Below are positions 10,821 through 23,804 of a DNA stretch of 34,213 nucleotides, in pieces; position 1 is the stretch's first letter; each line of letters opens with the position of its first letter. The DNA lies in contig NC_057718.1 in assembly GCF_004010195.1 (NCBI RefSeq), positions 33,320,177 to 33,354,389 on the forward strand, written 5' to 3'. The notes beneath the pieces are model-generated. The model worked only from the letters and a program-made list of their open reading frames with translations, was not told where the DNA came from and ran no database searches. A program made the translations under genes and the position numbers. The stretch is from Chiloscyllium plagiosum (Eukaryota).

Positions 10821-10869
10821 AAGATTCTAGTCCATACTAAACTCTATGACTCTAAGATTCTAGTCCATA
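10811..10869 (+). repeat. 26-bp direct duplication at a CR1 tail junction
   Basis: ctatgactctaagattctagtccata occurs at 10811-10836 and 10844-10869. Confidence 0.9.
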
Positions 10870-13449
10870 AGCCCAAACTAAACTAATCACATCTTCCTGT
10901 CCTTGGCCCATATCCTTCCAAATATTTCTTATTCATGAACTTATCTAAGTATTTTTTAAATATTGTAACACACCACGAATCATTCGATGTCTGATAAAAT
11001 TGTCCCCAAGTCTTTTAACAATCTTACTCTTTTCACCTTAAACGTCATCCCCCCCCCCCCGCCCCCACCTTGTCTTGAAATCTCAAATTCTCCTGCACAA
11101 ACAGCAGTGGAAGCTAGACTATTGAAGGTTGAGTAAGACTAATTTTTGATTGACAATAGAGTTAAAGATTATGAGACAGGCAGTAAATTGTTGTCCACAA
11201 TCAGATCAGCTGTGATCTCACTGAATAGCAGAGTGAGCTAATGGGCTGAATGGACCTACTGCTGCAGCCATTTCTTATGAACAATGATCATTAGGAACTT
11301 GGTGCAATGAGGCAACAGGCTCGTAGTGCATTCTACATTATATCATTGTGGCTCTCATTAACTCAGTGTGAAGTGAAAAATCAAATCCAAAAAGAAAAGC
11401 TTTTGAAATGGTTTTAAGGGATTAAATATGTCATTAGAAAGGGTGACTTTATAATGACTACATTTTAATGAACCGCTGGTTTTGGACATTGGACAAGTGG
11501 AAAGATTTCTTCTGTGCGTTATGTCTGGAAAAATTATGAGCACACACTTTTTTTGAAGAAGTTTATGATTCTGGGTCAATGATCAGAGGAAATTATCCGC
11601 CACGTTACCAAGGGTTACCAGTTCAACTTTCTAAAAACAACATTTAAAAAGGACAATTTTAATCCTAGTTGCCTATCAGAAGCTGGATCAGTTGGCAATT
11701 AAAACCCGACATGTCATTTACCTGCTGAGAACTAACAAGCCTGAATGTTCATGGCAGACTGTGAGGACACCTGTCCAAAACTAGTGAGATCTTTGGACTC
11801 TAAGATCTTGGGTGTCAATGCCATCACTGAAATGAGCGCACGTTTGCAAGCAATCCTGAGCAGGAAATGGCTGTGTGCTTTACTGCCAGATTTTCCCAGC
11901 TCAAACCAGTTTAGGGGATCATCAGACATCCCAAAAAAGGCAAGTTTATTCATTTGCTTGAATTTCCTCTATGAGTGAGCAAGAGTAGGATCCATTGAGA
12001 AAATCTCAAACCTCTCTTGCCATGATTGTATTCAATGCGGTATCTCTTTTAGAGATCCGATAAGACCAGCTTACCTGCCTTTGGCCAATGGTATGCAAAT
12101 TTGCACCATTCCCCAAAACTTACTGTCATATCAAGTGAGAAGTCAGCCAGCAGCACTTAAATGAGGCAGTTATGTTAACATGGCTTTTCGTTTTAATCCA
12201 ACTGCTGAATTTATCCACCAAAATCAGGCCCCAGTTAAAGTCAGGGCCATTGTGAGTGAGAAATTTCATCCATTTCCTGAACCTCAGTCACTCGAGAATA
12301 TTTTATTTAAAGAAATCTCACTTACAAAACTTAGAAAGGTGAACAGTGAATTGTTTAATCATCAGCCTGCTGACAACCTGTGAATCCTTTTCAATATAAT
12401 GCTGAAATCCACAAGTCGCAAAGTAACAAAGTAACAATCTAACATGCTGGCAGGATCTCAGATCTTGCAAATCCATTATGTTATCATGAGATTCAATACA
12501 AATCAAAATGTCAGCATATTTATTTAAAACAAATCTGTGCTTTTGAAACTGCATACATGCATTATCACTTCTGATTCCTGTCCTAATGCTTTTGTTTTCA
12601 AATGGTCAGTGCCTATGGGAACTAACAACCTGCAACTGGAATCCATCTCCTGGGCAGTATGTCACCATTCCTAGATTTAATCTAGTGGAAAGCATATAGA
12701 AGGACACAGATAAAATCAGGCTCAGCAGTTGATTATACTCCAGTCATGCAGTACAAATCTGAAGAAGACAAAGGCTGGCTCGAGAGGATGAGAGTCAACA
12801 AAGATATAGTTCCTGTAGCTTTTTCTGTTACCTGAAGATAAAACTGGTGGAACAACACCATCCAGACAATTGTAAGCAGAAGTGAAGAGGTTCCATAGTT
12901 GTGTAATATATAAGATCAAACAGATGGAAAAAAAGAGGTTGCATGTGCACTGTTTTCCCCTGAGGATCAAGTTAAATCCTGTTAGAAAAGGAGTAACCAA
13001 AAAGGTTGATGACGGCAGATTGGTAGACATTATTTACATGGATTTTAATAATACCTTTGACAAGGTTCTGTATGGTAGACCAATTAGCAAAGTTAGATCA
13101 CATGGGATTCAGGGTGAGCTTGCCAATTGGACACAAATTGCCTTTACGGTAGGAGACAGAGTGTGGTTGGGGAGGATTGATTTATGGATTGGAGACCTGT
13201 GACCAGTGGTGTTCCACAGGGATTGGTACTGGGTCCATTTTCTCATTTATATATATGATTTGGATGAGAATACAGGAGGCATGGTTAGGCAGTTTGCAGA
13301 TGACACCAAAATTGGTGATGTAGTGGACAGTGATGAAGGTTATTTAAGAGATCATAATCAGTTGAATCAATGGGCTGAGGAGTGGCAGATGGAGTTTAAT
13401 TTGGATAAATGTGAGGCACTTCATTTTGGTAATTATCCTAATTAAACAG

Positions 13450-13716
13450 ATTCCTGATAAGGGCTTATGCCCAAAACGTCGATTCTCCTGCTCCGCAGAT
13501 GCTGCCTGACTTGCTGTGCTTTTCCAGCATCACGCTCTTGACTCTGATCTCCAGCATCTGCAGTCCTCACTTTCTCCATAATGGGCTGAGATTAGATTAG
13601 ATTCCCTACAGTGTGGAAACAGGCCCTTCAGCCCAAAGATGCTGCCTGACTTGCTGTGCTTTTCCAGCATCACGCTCTTGACTCTGATCTCCAGCATCTG
13701 CAGTCCTCACTTTCTC
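13450..13716 (+). mobile_element. Penelope pLTR-derived fragment inserted in CR1, partly tandem-duplicated
   Basis: ttcctgataagggcttatgcccaaaacgtcgattctcctg...ctcactttctc. The flanking direct repeat cattttggtaat is at 13422-13433 and 13717-13728. Confidence 0.8.
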
Positions 13717-13782
13717 CATTTTGGTAATGGGCTGAGATTAGATTAGATTCCCTACAGTGTGGAAACAGGCCCTTCAGCCCAA
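13497..13782 (+). repeat. Tandem duplication of about 140 bp (pLTR end plus HE1 tail)
   Basis: 13497-13636 equals 13637-13782 except for a 6-bp indel (tttggt). Confidence 0.92.
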
Positions 13783-14026
13783 CAAGTCCACACCAATATT
13801 TACCCCTGACTAATGCACCTAACACTACGGGCAATTTAGCATGGCCAATTCACCTAACCTGAACATCTTTAGACTCTGGGAGGAAACCGGAGCATCTGGA
13901 GGAAACCCACACAGACAGGGGGAGAATATGCAAACTCCACACAGACAATTGCCCAAGACGGGAATTGAACCCGAGTCCCTGGCGCTGTGAGGCAGCAGTG
14001 CTAACCACTGAGCCACCGTGCCACCC
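13735..14026 (-). mobile_element. HE1-type SINE
   Basis: Reverse strand head ggtggcacggtggctcagtggttagcactgctgcctcacagcgccagggactcgggttcaattccc, with an (AATCT)n tail. Confidence 0.9.
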
Positions 14027-15271
14027 CATGTGGTAAGTAATTTTATAATAAAAAATATTATCGAGTTAAGCTGGAAGAAAAGTTTTAATCCAGAATTTTA
14101 TATGGTGATATGTTTTTGAAAAAAATTATTCTGTAAAGCTGGAATAAATTGTGTAACTTCTGCATTTCCCATATTCTTTTTTTATTTTGATGGTTATTTT
14201 GGGGTAAAAGGTGTTAAAAATGATAAATTGGGTTTTCTCTCGAAGGGGGCGCAGCTTTCAGAGGCAGTCCCATGCAACCACTTTGCATAATTAGGCTGCT
14301 GCTCAACTCACAATTCCGCTTTCATTGGCAAGAGGGAGAGAGAAGCCCAGCCTTAGTGAAATCATCGGGGATTGGTTCAGAGGAAAAACCCCTGACCTCT
14401 AAAGTTGCGCATGCACCGAGCGTCATTTGGCTCCTTTTTTGGGAGAGAAATGCTCTCAGATAGGTTTGATTATGCAGGAAATTCAAAGTGTTTAACAAAA
14501 ATCTCAAAACTGGAAATTCACATCAAGCCAATTGATCAACTTTGGAGAGGGGAAAGACGGGGTTAATGTTGGGAATGGCATTTGTAACGAAGTGCACCCT
14601 TCTGACTCGTCAGCTTGCTTTGTCTGTCAGATGGGTCTTGGTATCATTGTGGTTTTCAAATGGACTTCTACAATTAATGATAGGGCCCTGGGTAGTGTTG
14701 TAGAACAGAGACAGACTTATGGATTTGGGTACATAATTCTTTGAAATTTGCATCACAGATAGATAGCTAGATATTTAGGTCACTTGCCTTCTTTGCTCAG
14801 ATCTTTGAGTAAAGGAGTTGGGAATGCCATGTTGAGGTTGTACAGGATGTTGGTGATGCCTCTTCTGGAGTACTAGTCAGCCTGTTACAGGAAGGATAAT
14901 ATTAAACTGGAGAGGGTTCAGAAAAAAAATTACCAGGATGTTGCTGGGAATGGGGGTTTGTGATGTCAAAATAGACTGGAAAAGCTGGGGCTAGTTTCAC
15001 TGGAGGCTAACAATTTGAGGGGCAACCTTTTTGACATCTATAAAATCAAGAGGGGCACAGATAAAGGGAATGACAAGAATCTTTTCCCTGGGGTGAGAGA
15101 GTTCAAAACTAGGGGGGAGCATATTTTTAAGGTAAGATGGGAAAGATTTAAAATGGACACAAAGGCCAACATTTACACACAGAAAGTAATTCGTGTGGAA
15201 TGAACTGCCAGAGAAAGTGGTGGATTCAGGGACAATTACGACGTTTACAGACATTTGGGTAGGTTCATAAA

Positions 15272-16328
15272 TAGAGTCATAGAGATGTACAGCATGAAAA
15301 CAGACCCTTGGGTCCAACCCATCCATGCCAACCAGATATCCCAACCCAATCTAGTCCCATCTGCCAGCAACCGGTCCATATCCCTCCAAATCCTTCCTAT
15401 TCATATACCCACCCAAATGCCTCTTAAATATTGCAATTGTACCAGCCTCCACCACTTCCTCTGGCAGCTCATTCCATACACGTACCACCCTCTNNNNNNN
15501 NNNNNNNNNNNNNNNNNNNNNNNNNNNNNNNNNNNNNNNNNNNNNNNNNNNNNNNNNNNNNNNNNNNNNNNNNNNNNNNNNNNNNNNNNNNNNNNNNNNN
15601 NNNNNNNNNNNNNNNNNNNNNNNNNNNNNNNNNNNNNNNNNNNNNNNNNNNNNNNNNNNNNNNNNNNNNNNNNNNNNNNNNNNNNNNNNNNNNNNNNNNN
15701 NNNNNNNNNNNNNNNNNNNNNNNNNNNNNNNNNNNNNNNNNNNNNNNNNNNNNNNNNNNNNNNNNNNNNNNNNNNNNNNNNNNNNNNNNNNNNNNNNNNN
15801 NNNNNNNNNNNNNNNNNNNNNNNNNNNNNNNNNNNNNNNNNNNNNNNNNNNNNNNNNNNNNNNNNNNNNNNNNNNNNNNNNNNNNNNNNNNNNNNNNNNN
15901 NNNNNNNNNNNNNNNNNNNNNNNNNNNNNNNNNNNNNNNNNCCCAGCGCTGATCCTTGTGGCACTCCACTGGTCACAGGCCTCCAGCTGAAAAACAACCC
16001 TCCACCACCACCTTTGAGCCAGTTCTGTATCCAAATGGCTAGTTCTCCCTGTATTCCGTGAGATCTAACCTTGCTAATCAGTTTCCCATGGGGAACCTTG
16101 TCGAACGCCTTGCTGAAGTCCATATAGATCACATCTACCGCTCTGCCCTCATCAATGTACTTTGTTACTTCTTCAAAAAAATCAATCAAATTTGTGAGAA
16201 ATTATTTCGCACGCACAAAGCCATGTTGACTATCCCTAATCAGTCCTTGTCTTTCCAAATACATGTATATCCTGTCCCTCAGGATTCCCTCCAACAACTC
16301 ACCCACCACCAACGTCAGGCTCACTGGT
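15272..16328 (-). mobile_element. CR1/HER1 LINE spanning the assembly gap
   Basis: IDFFEEVTK..DFSKAFDKVPHG..GVPQGSALG lies right of the gap; RVVRVWNELPEEVV..FKRHL and the tail lie left of it. Confidence 0.9.
15494..15941. other. Assembly gap (448 N)
   Basis: Run of n. Confidence 1.
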
Positions 16329-18039
16329 GAGGGATATGGGCCAAATGCAGGCAGATGGGACTAGTTTAGTTTGGGAACATGCTCAGAGTGGTCTGGTTGG
16401 ACCGAAGGGTCTGTTTCCATGCTGTATAACTCTATGACTCTATGATTCTTTAAGAGAAACTGAAATTCTTCATGGAAAAGACAGAATTTTAGAAAAACAT
16501 TATGGCTAAGAATGATAACCTATTTGCTGAATGGAATGCTGAGCCAGTTTGCATGATGTGTCTTAATTTAATGCTCCAGTTCATGTGTGATTTGTAAGTT
16601 TTAATAGAATGCAATTTGCAGATTAACTTATGTCTCACTTATGTTGATTCTGAGTTTAGAATATAGCAGTTACCCAGATTAATATATAGTGTTGGCTCTG
16701 TTTAATCCTTGTACAATAAGCTTGTTTAAACTGTGGAATCATACGGCTTCATTCTTTTAGGAAATAACAAGGATTTCAGATTTCACAACCATTCCATTAA
16801 ATTCAAAAGTTTAAAGAAAGTATAAAAACATAGCATTTCATTCACCACAACCAAATATTTTATTGAAACTGAGTTGATTGGTGCCATGGGGTTCCAGAGA
16901 TTGAACAGTGACAACTCTAAAATGTAAGTCTGCCAAACCTCTAGGCTTGTTGTAAAGTGTCTAGAACTTGAAGATTTATCTGCAGGTCAGTGCTGCAACC
17001 ATCCCATGAGAAAAGTTGTTCAAGTCATTCAAAAGAACTGGTTTTGCTTGCAGGTAATCCATTATTTTTACATCAGACAATTTACGAGTCTGTCAAACCA
17101 GATTACCAGTCGTATGAAAAACCAACTTCGTTCCTATCACTGTTTTTACCCCATTGTAACAATTGAAAAATATACTTAGGAATGCAACCGCTGCTACTTA
17201 GTATAAATTATACTTTCATCTAATTCACTCAACCTTCCTGTCATCTGACAGTAGGATTTTGTTTTTATGAAAACATAACAGCAGGTCTTTTTCCAAATAA
17301 ATGCCAACCATGAGGAAGTTTGTCTGCCGTGAACACATACTGGAAAATTATAATCAGTACACCCAAAACTTTCCAAATGCTCTGCCAATGGCAATGCTGC
17401 TTGTAAGTAGCATGTACTCAGAACCTTTGAGGTAAAAGTTACAACTATTCATTCCTTGAGGGTTTTGTACACACGAATGGTGTAAAACAGTAAAGAGAGC
17501 AGCAGAAAGAAAAAGTAGGTGGGACCCAAAAACATTAAAGGTTAAAAATGTAATATTGTGCATGATTTTGAGCTTGGGGGCAATGCTTTGGAAACTTGTT
17601 CACAACTGGGGTGGGCAACATATAAACTTGGTGTGCCAACCTCCTCTGCTTGACTGTCGAGTCCAGCTGAGTGCGCCCCATGCTGTTTCCTTCCACTTAA
17701 CTCTGCCAACTTCCTCTACACCCAATAGCTCACAAATCATGTGGTACAGCCAGCTTGCTATCCGTAAAGATTCATCCCCCATTCATGGAGGGCTGCGCTC
17801 GGAACTGAAAGGCTGCTTGAGAATCATTTGTGAAAACTGAACATGAAGGAGTCAGGTACAATCAGAGATCAGAAAAGACTGCCATATTTAGTGACACTAT
17901 TGTTCAGACTCTAGGAACCCAGATTGATCCCCATAGGTAAACAATGGGCTGGAGTTTTGCAAAGTTGAGCTGATGCTGGAAGCCTTTGATTCCAGATTGA
18001 TATATGTATGACAGATAAATTGGTCAATACATTTTTCCT

Positions 18040-18240
18040 CTTGGTAGTTTCCTCACAATCTTCCGTGACCTGGACTAGCAGTCCTTTAAGATTCAGCCTG
18101 TTTAGTCAATAGTGGTGCTACTGAGCCACTCTGGGTGATGGACAATGAAGTGCCCCACCCAGGGTATAGTCTGTGTCCTCGCCATCCACAGAGCTTGTTC
18201 CAAGTGGTATTCAACACTTAGGTGGACTAATACATCATGC
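18040..18240 (-). mobile_element. LINE APE-endonuclease remnant
   Basis: Reverse strand reads approximately VEYHLEQAL..WVGHF/IVHHPEWLSSTT, a degenerate GDFNxHH motif. Confidence 0.55.
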
Positions 18241-18289
18241 TAGGCAGTCTATTTGATTTAGTTTCTTTGTTTAGGTTTCAAAGTGGTTT

Positions 18290-18915
18290 GATGTGTGGTA
18301 CGCTTGCCTGTTTTGATCAGAGCATTGAGTATAGGAGTTGGGAGGTCATGTTTTGGGTGTACATTGGTTAGGCCACTTTTAGAATACTGCATTCAGTTAT
18401 AGTCTCCCTGTTTTGGAAAGATGTTGTGAAACTTGAAAGCCTTCAGAAAAGATTTACAAGGATGTTGCCAGGATTGGAGGATTTGAGTTATAGAAAGAGG
18501 CTGAAAGAGGCTGGGGCTATTTTCCTCAGAGCATCAGAGAGACTGAGGGGTGATCTTATAGAGGTTTATAAAATCATGAGGGGCATGGATAGGCTTACTA
18601 GTCATGGTCTTTTTCCCAGAGCAGGGAAGTCCAAAACTAGAGGGCATAGGTTTAAGGTGAGAGGGGAACGATTTAAAAGTGATGTAAGGAGCAACTTTTT
18701 CATGCAGAAGATGGTACATGTATGAAATGAACTGCCAGAGAAAGTGGTTACAATTACAACATTTAAAAGGCATCTTGATGGGTATATAAATTGGAAGGGT
18801 TTAGAGGAATATTGGCCAAATGCTGGCAAATGGTACTAGGTTAATTTAGAATATCTGGTCGGCATGGGAGAGTTGAATTGAAGGGTCTGTTTCCATGCTG
18901 TACATCTCTGACTCT
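18290..18915 (+). mobile_element. CR1/HER1 3' fragment
   Basis: RPLLEYC..LESLQKRFTRMLPGLEDLSY..RLRGDLIEVYKIMRG, followed by the tail. Confidence 0.9.
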
Positions 18916-18983
18916 AAATAACCAAGGTACTTATTCAACCATTTCATTGGGCAGTTACAGTTAACATTCCCCAAAGGACATGA

Positions 18984-21742
18984 TTGGTAACTAAATGTTC
19001 CAGGATATTAATGCTTCAAACAGGACAGGGAGGGAAGTAAAAGTGGGGGGAGGAGTTGCATTGCTGGTCAGGGGTGATATCAGGGCTTGCTAAAGGAGGA
19101 TACCATGAAGGGCTTGAGCGGTGAGGCATTATGGGTAGAGCTGAGAAATAAGAAGGGTGCAGTTACATTGTTGGGGCTGTACTACAGGCCTTCCAACAGT
19201 GAGCATGAGATAGAAGAACAAATAGGTAAACAAATTATGGAAAGATGTAGAGGCAATAGGGTGGTTGCGATGGGAGATTTAAATTTCCCCAACACTGACT
19301 GGGATACACTTATTGTCAGATGCCTGGATGGGGCAGAATTTGTGAGGAGCAACCAGGAAAGTTTTCTCAAGCAGTATGTCAATAGTCCGACGAGGGAAGG
19401 GGCCACATTGGACCTGGTATTGAGGAATGAGCTTGGCCTGATGGTAGAAGTAGCAGTGGGGGATTTCTTTGGGAATAGTGACCACAATTCTGAAAGTTTT
19501 ACAATACTCGTAGACAAAGATGAGAGTGGTCCTAAGGGAAGAGTACTAAACTGGGCCAAGGCCAATTATATCAAAATTTGGCAGGTGCTTGGAAATGTGG
19601 ATTGGAAGCAGCTATTTGAAGGAAAATCCACATTTGATATGTGGGAGGCTTTCAAAGATAGGTTGAAGTTAGTGCAGAATAGGCATGTCCCTTTGAGAAC
19701 AAAGGATAGGAAGCGCAAGAATCGTGAACCATGGATGACAAGAGACATCGTGCGACTAGCCAAGAGGAAAAGGGAAGCGTACATAAGGTCCAGGCAGCTA
19801 ATATCGGGAGGAATATCGGGAGAGTAGGACCAATCTTAAACTAGGAATCAAGTGGGCTAAAATAGGTCATGAAATAACTTTACTGTGCAGAATTAAGGAG
19901 AAACCCAAGGCCTTTTATTCATATGTAAGAAGGTAGAGGTTAAGTAGAGAAAGCAATGGTCCATGAAAGGTTAAGGAAGGAAGGTTGTGTGTCCAACCTG
20001 AGAAAATGGGTGAGATTCTCAATAATTACTTTGCATCAGTGTTCACTGAGGAGAGGGACATGATGAATGTTGACATTAGAGACAGACATTTGTTTACTCT
20101 GGATCACGTTGACATAAGGAGGAAAGATGTGTTGGGTAGGCTAAAGGATATTACGTGGACAAATCTCCAGGACCAGATGGGATCTATCCCAGGTTGCAGA
20201 GGGAGGCAAAAGAGGAAATAGCTGGGGCCCTGACAGATATCTTTGTAGCATCCTTAAACACAGTGAAGTGCTGGAGGACTGGAGGATTGCTCATGTTGTC
20301 CCCCTGTACAAGAAGGGTAGTAGAGATATTCCAGGTAACTATAGACAAGTGAACCTGACTTCAATGTTGGGAAAGTTGCTGGAAAAGGTACTGAGAGATA
20401 AAATAGATTTATATTTGGGAAAAAAAATGGACTTATCAATGATAGGTAACATGGTTTTGTGCAGGGAATTAATAGAGTTTTTTGAGGAAGTGACCAAGTT
20501 GATAGATGAAGGAAGGGCTGTTGATGTCATATGCATGGACTTTAGTAAGGCATTTGATAAGGTTCCCCATGGTAAACTAATGGAGAAAGTGAATTCACAT
20601 GGTGTGCAGGGTGTTCTAGCTAGGTGGATAAAGATGTGGACTTGTTGGGCCGAAGGGCCTGTTTCCACACTGTAAGTAATCTAATCTAAAAAAAACAGGT
20701 GACAGAGAGCAGTAGTTGAAGGGAGTTTCTCGAAATGGAGAAAGGTGACCAGTGGTGTTCCATGGGGATCAGTGTTAGGGCCACTATTGTTTGTGATATA
20801 CATAAATGATCTGGAAGAGGGTATGATCAGCAAGTTTGCAGATGACACGAAGGTTGGTGAAGTAGCAGAAAGCATAGGGAAATGTCAAAGAATACAGGAG
20901 AATATAGATAGACTGGAATGTTGGGTGGAGAAGTGGCAGATGGATTACAATCATACAAAGGTGAGGTGGTGCAATTTGAGAAGTCTAATTCTAGAGCAAG
21001 CTATACTTAAAATGAAAGAGCCTTGGGAAAAGTTGATGAGCAGAGAGATCTGGGAGTTCAGGTCCATTGTACCCTGAAGGTGACTGCACAGGTGCGTAGA
21101 GTGGTCAAGATGGCATATGGTATGCTTGCCTTCATCGGACGGGCTATTGATTATATGAGCTGGCAAGTCATGTTAAAATTGTACAAGACTTTAGAATACT
21201 GTGTACAGTTCTGGTCGCCACATTACCAAAAGGATGTGGGCGTTTTAGAGAGGGTGCAGAGAAGGTTTACAAGGATGTTGCCTGGTATGAATGGTGCTTG
21301 GCTATGAAGAGAGGTTGAGTAGGTTAGGATTGTTTTCTTTGGAAAAAGAGGAGATTGAGGGGGACCTGATTGAGGTCTACAAAATCTTGAAGGGTATAGA
21401 CAGAATGGATAGAGATAAGCTTTTTCCCAGGGTGAGAGATTCAATAACGAGAGGTCACGTGTTGATGGTGAAAATGTTGAACTACAGAGGGATACATGTG
21501 GAAAGTACTTTACACAGAGCGTGGTAGGTGCCTTGAACGCATTGCAGCAGAGATAGTAGGGGCAGGTACGGTAGATTTATTTAAGGTGCATCTGGACAGA
21601 TGCAGGAGTAGGTGGGGAGCAGAACGATACAGATCCTTAGGAATTTGGCGATAGGTTTAAAAATTGGATTTGGATCGGCTCAGGCTTCGAGGGCCGAACA
21701 GCCTGTTCCTAGGCTGTAAATTTTCTTTGTTCATTGTTCTTT
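18984..21742 (+). mobile_element. CR1 LINE with nearly all of ORF2 (APE endonuclease plus RT), disrupted; 7-bp TSD
   Basis: GGGVALL, YYRP, MGDLNFP, LDLV and SDHN (endonuclease); KSPGPDGIYP, NYRQV, DFSKAFDKVPH, GVPWGSVLGP and FADDTK (RT). TSD gacatga at 18977-18983 and 21743-21749. Confidence 0.95.
20633..20695 (+). mobile_element. HE1 SINE 3'-tail fragment inserted in the CR1 RT
   Basis: gtggacttgttgggccgaagggcctgtttccacactgtaagtaatctaatct followed by an A-run. Confidence 0.85.
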
Positions 21743-22110
21743 GACATGAGTGAACCAGATAGGTTTTTAATGATAACAGCATCAAGCTACCTTCTTAATT
21801 CCATATCTTTATTTAATTTAAATTTCACCATCTGCCATAGTAGAACTCGAACCTCTGTTCCACATCATGAGCCTGGGGTCTGGATTACCATATTCAACAA
21901 CTTCTCCACAATTTTAAGAGACTATTTAAGGATCAGCTGTCTTTAATGTGATTATTTGATATAAGTTTGTTTAGTTTCGTAAGAGACTAACAGTTTGAGG
22001 GAAATTAAAATTCTTGAGCAGGATTGAAGTATGTAAGTTTATTTCCATTCAATTTCAAGTGCTCATGAGTGAGAGTTCTATTAATTTAGTGGAAATTTGT
22101 TTTACTTATT

Positions 22111-22445
22111 GGGCAGCATGGTGGCTCAGTAGTTAGCACTGCCGCCTCATGGGATCCAGGTTCAATTCCCACCTTGGTTGACTGTCTGTGTGGAGTTTGC
22201 ACATTCTCCCCATGTCTGTGTGGGTTTCCTCCAGGTGCTCTGGTTTCCTCCCACAATCCAAAGATGTGCAGGTCAGTGAATTGGCCTTGCTAAATTGCTC
22301 ATAGTGATAGATGTATTAGTCAGGGGTAAACGTAGGGTGGTGATAGATGTATTAGTCAGGGGTAAACGTAGGGTGGGTTGTTCTTCGGAGAGTCGGTGTG
22401 GACATGTTGGGCCAAAGGGCCTGCTTCCATACTGTAGGGAATCTT
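22111..22445 (+). mobile_element. HE1-type SINE with an internal 36-bp tandem duplication
   Basis: A-box tggctcagtagtt and B-box ggttcaattccc. 22304-22339 equals 22340-22375. Confidence 0.9.
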
Positions 22446-22824
22446 ATCTCCTTATAGCTCCTGAATTCCTCATGGGTGATATTGGTTGAGTAGTTATGGA
22501 GGTGGCATGGATATTACATGTGTGGTATGAAATGTCATGGAGATACCATAGGGAATGAGGTAGTATCGAGATAACATGGGGCTCAATGTTAACTGGGTAT
22601 TGAGAGCAAGAGAGTCTAAGTCTTTTATAAAACTGGGCTGAAGCCTCAGACAATCAGGATGAGCCTTCTAACCAGCCTGCTCACCCACCTCTATGGGTCC
22701 CACCAAACTGTCACTGGGGGTGGGGTGTTGGTAATGTGCTCAACTCGATCACTTCCACCTTCCCCCGCACAAGTGAAAATAATGAGTGAATTTTTTCCAT
22801 GGAAGTGTGGAAGTGTGGTCAATT

Positions 22825-23325
22825 CACCAGAACTCTCTGTCCTAAATGTCTGACTCTAATTTTCACACTACTTCCCCTATTTCTAGAATTCCCAACCAGT
22901 GGAGATAGTTTATCTTTATTTATCCTGTCATTTCATGTCATTTGAACAATGTGGAATAAACTGCCAGAGGAACTGATACATTCAGGTTACAACATTTATA
23001 AGACATTTGGACGGGTACATGAATAGGAAAGATTTAGAAGGTATGGGCCAAACACAGGCAAGTCGGATTAGTTTAGTTTGGGAATTGGACCAAAGGGGTC
23101 TTTTTCCATGTTGTATGACTCTATGAAGCCAATCAGATCACTCCTTTAACCTAAATTTGAGAAAATACAGGCCTAATTAATATGATTTCTGCCTCAAACT
23201 TAACTCTTAAGTACAGGTCTCGTTCTTATAAACTTACACTTGTGCTCTCTCCAAGGCCAATATATCCTTCCTAAGGTGTTGTGATCAGATCTGCTCACAG
23301 GACTCCAAGTGGGGTCTCACCAACT
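22825..23325 (-). mobile_element. Degenerate CR1 fragment (-) interrupted by a CR1 3' tail (+, about 22940-23125)
   Basis: Reverse strand LVRPHLESCEQI..LRKDILALERAQ; the inner + piece reads WNKLPEEL..RHLDGYMNRK. Confidence 0.7.
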
Positions 23326-23804
23326 GTACAATTATGGGGTGGTAGCCTTTGCAGTTTCTGTATCTCTCCTCATCGATATGAATGGCCTGAAGAGACACAG
23401 GATACAATAATATTACTCTGTACTGTTGGGAGTCCAGTTATCCTGGCAAAACAAGTGTCCATCAATTTAATTCTTGCATCCTAAGGTGGAAGTGGATCAA
23501 GCCCTCTCTCCTTGCATGTATAGCCCTTGTCACCTCCCAGATGTTTCAACGAAGGTCAATACTCAGAATGAATTCTAATCCCACCAGATGCATAAGAGGT
23601 GAGGGTGATGGTAGGGCTATATTTACACTGATATGGGCTGAGGGAGCTGAAATAGCTCTGTGAACACCTCCTAGGAAAGCCTGAGACACTTTAGGCATTG
23701 CTCCTGGCTCATTCAGATGTAATACTGGTGGGTAGAGTGTTCAGTGAAACACCCTCATCCTCACTCTCACAATGTTTTCCTTTCAGTTTCCTCCATTCTG
23801 CATC

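Larger units (their letters stand above)
12985..16445 (+). mobile_element. CR1 copy split into three pieces (12985-13433, 14662-15270, 16329-16445) by nested insertions
   Basis: The pieces are collinear: DFNNTFDKV..FADDTKIG..KCEALHFGN | TINDRALGSVVEQR..FKTRG | gagggatatgggccaaatgcagg tail. Confidence 0.85.

Noticed and set aside
12600..12960. Possible next SLC5A9 exon (aga taa aac tgg tgg resembling RLTWW; gtaagc donor) or a SPATA6-like YRN motif in ORF 12722-13030 (-)
   Set aside because: It needs several substitutions, has no acceptor in the right phase, and shows no extended similarity on either strand.
14137..14210. WNKLCNF...WLFWG / DGYFG resembling the SLC5A9 C-terminus (W..VCNINA...FLWGYFA)
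   Set aside because: The spacing is off, it contains a stop, the sequence is low-complexity and AT-rich, and it appears to lie in a segment inserted within a CR1.
15255..16189. ORFs of 166-268 aa
   Set aside because: They are artefacts of translating through the N gap.
18511..18524. tggggctatttt (WGYF), like the SGLT C-terminal end
   Set aside because: It is part of the CR1 RLGLFS codons read in another frame.
8340..22250. tRNA-like A/B boxes at about 7470-7560, 8460-8540, 13950-14026 and 22111-22170
   Set aside because: These are SINE heads followed by SINE bodies, with no complete cloverleaf, so they are not tRNA genes.
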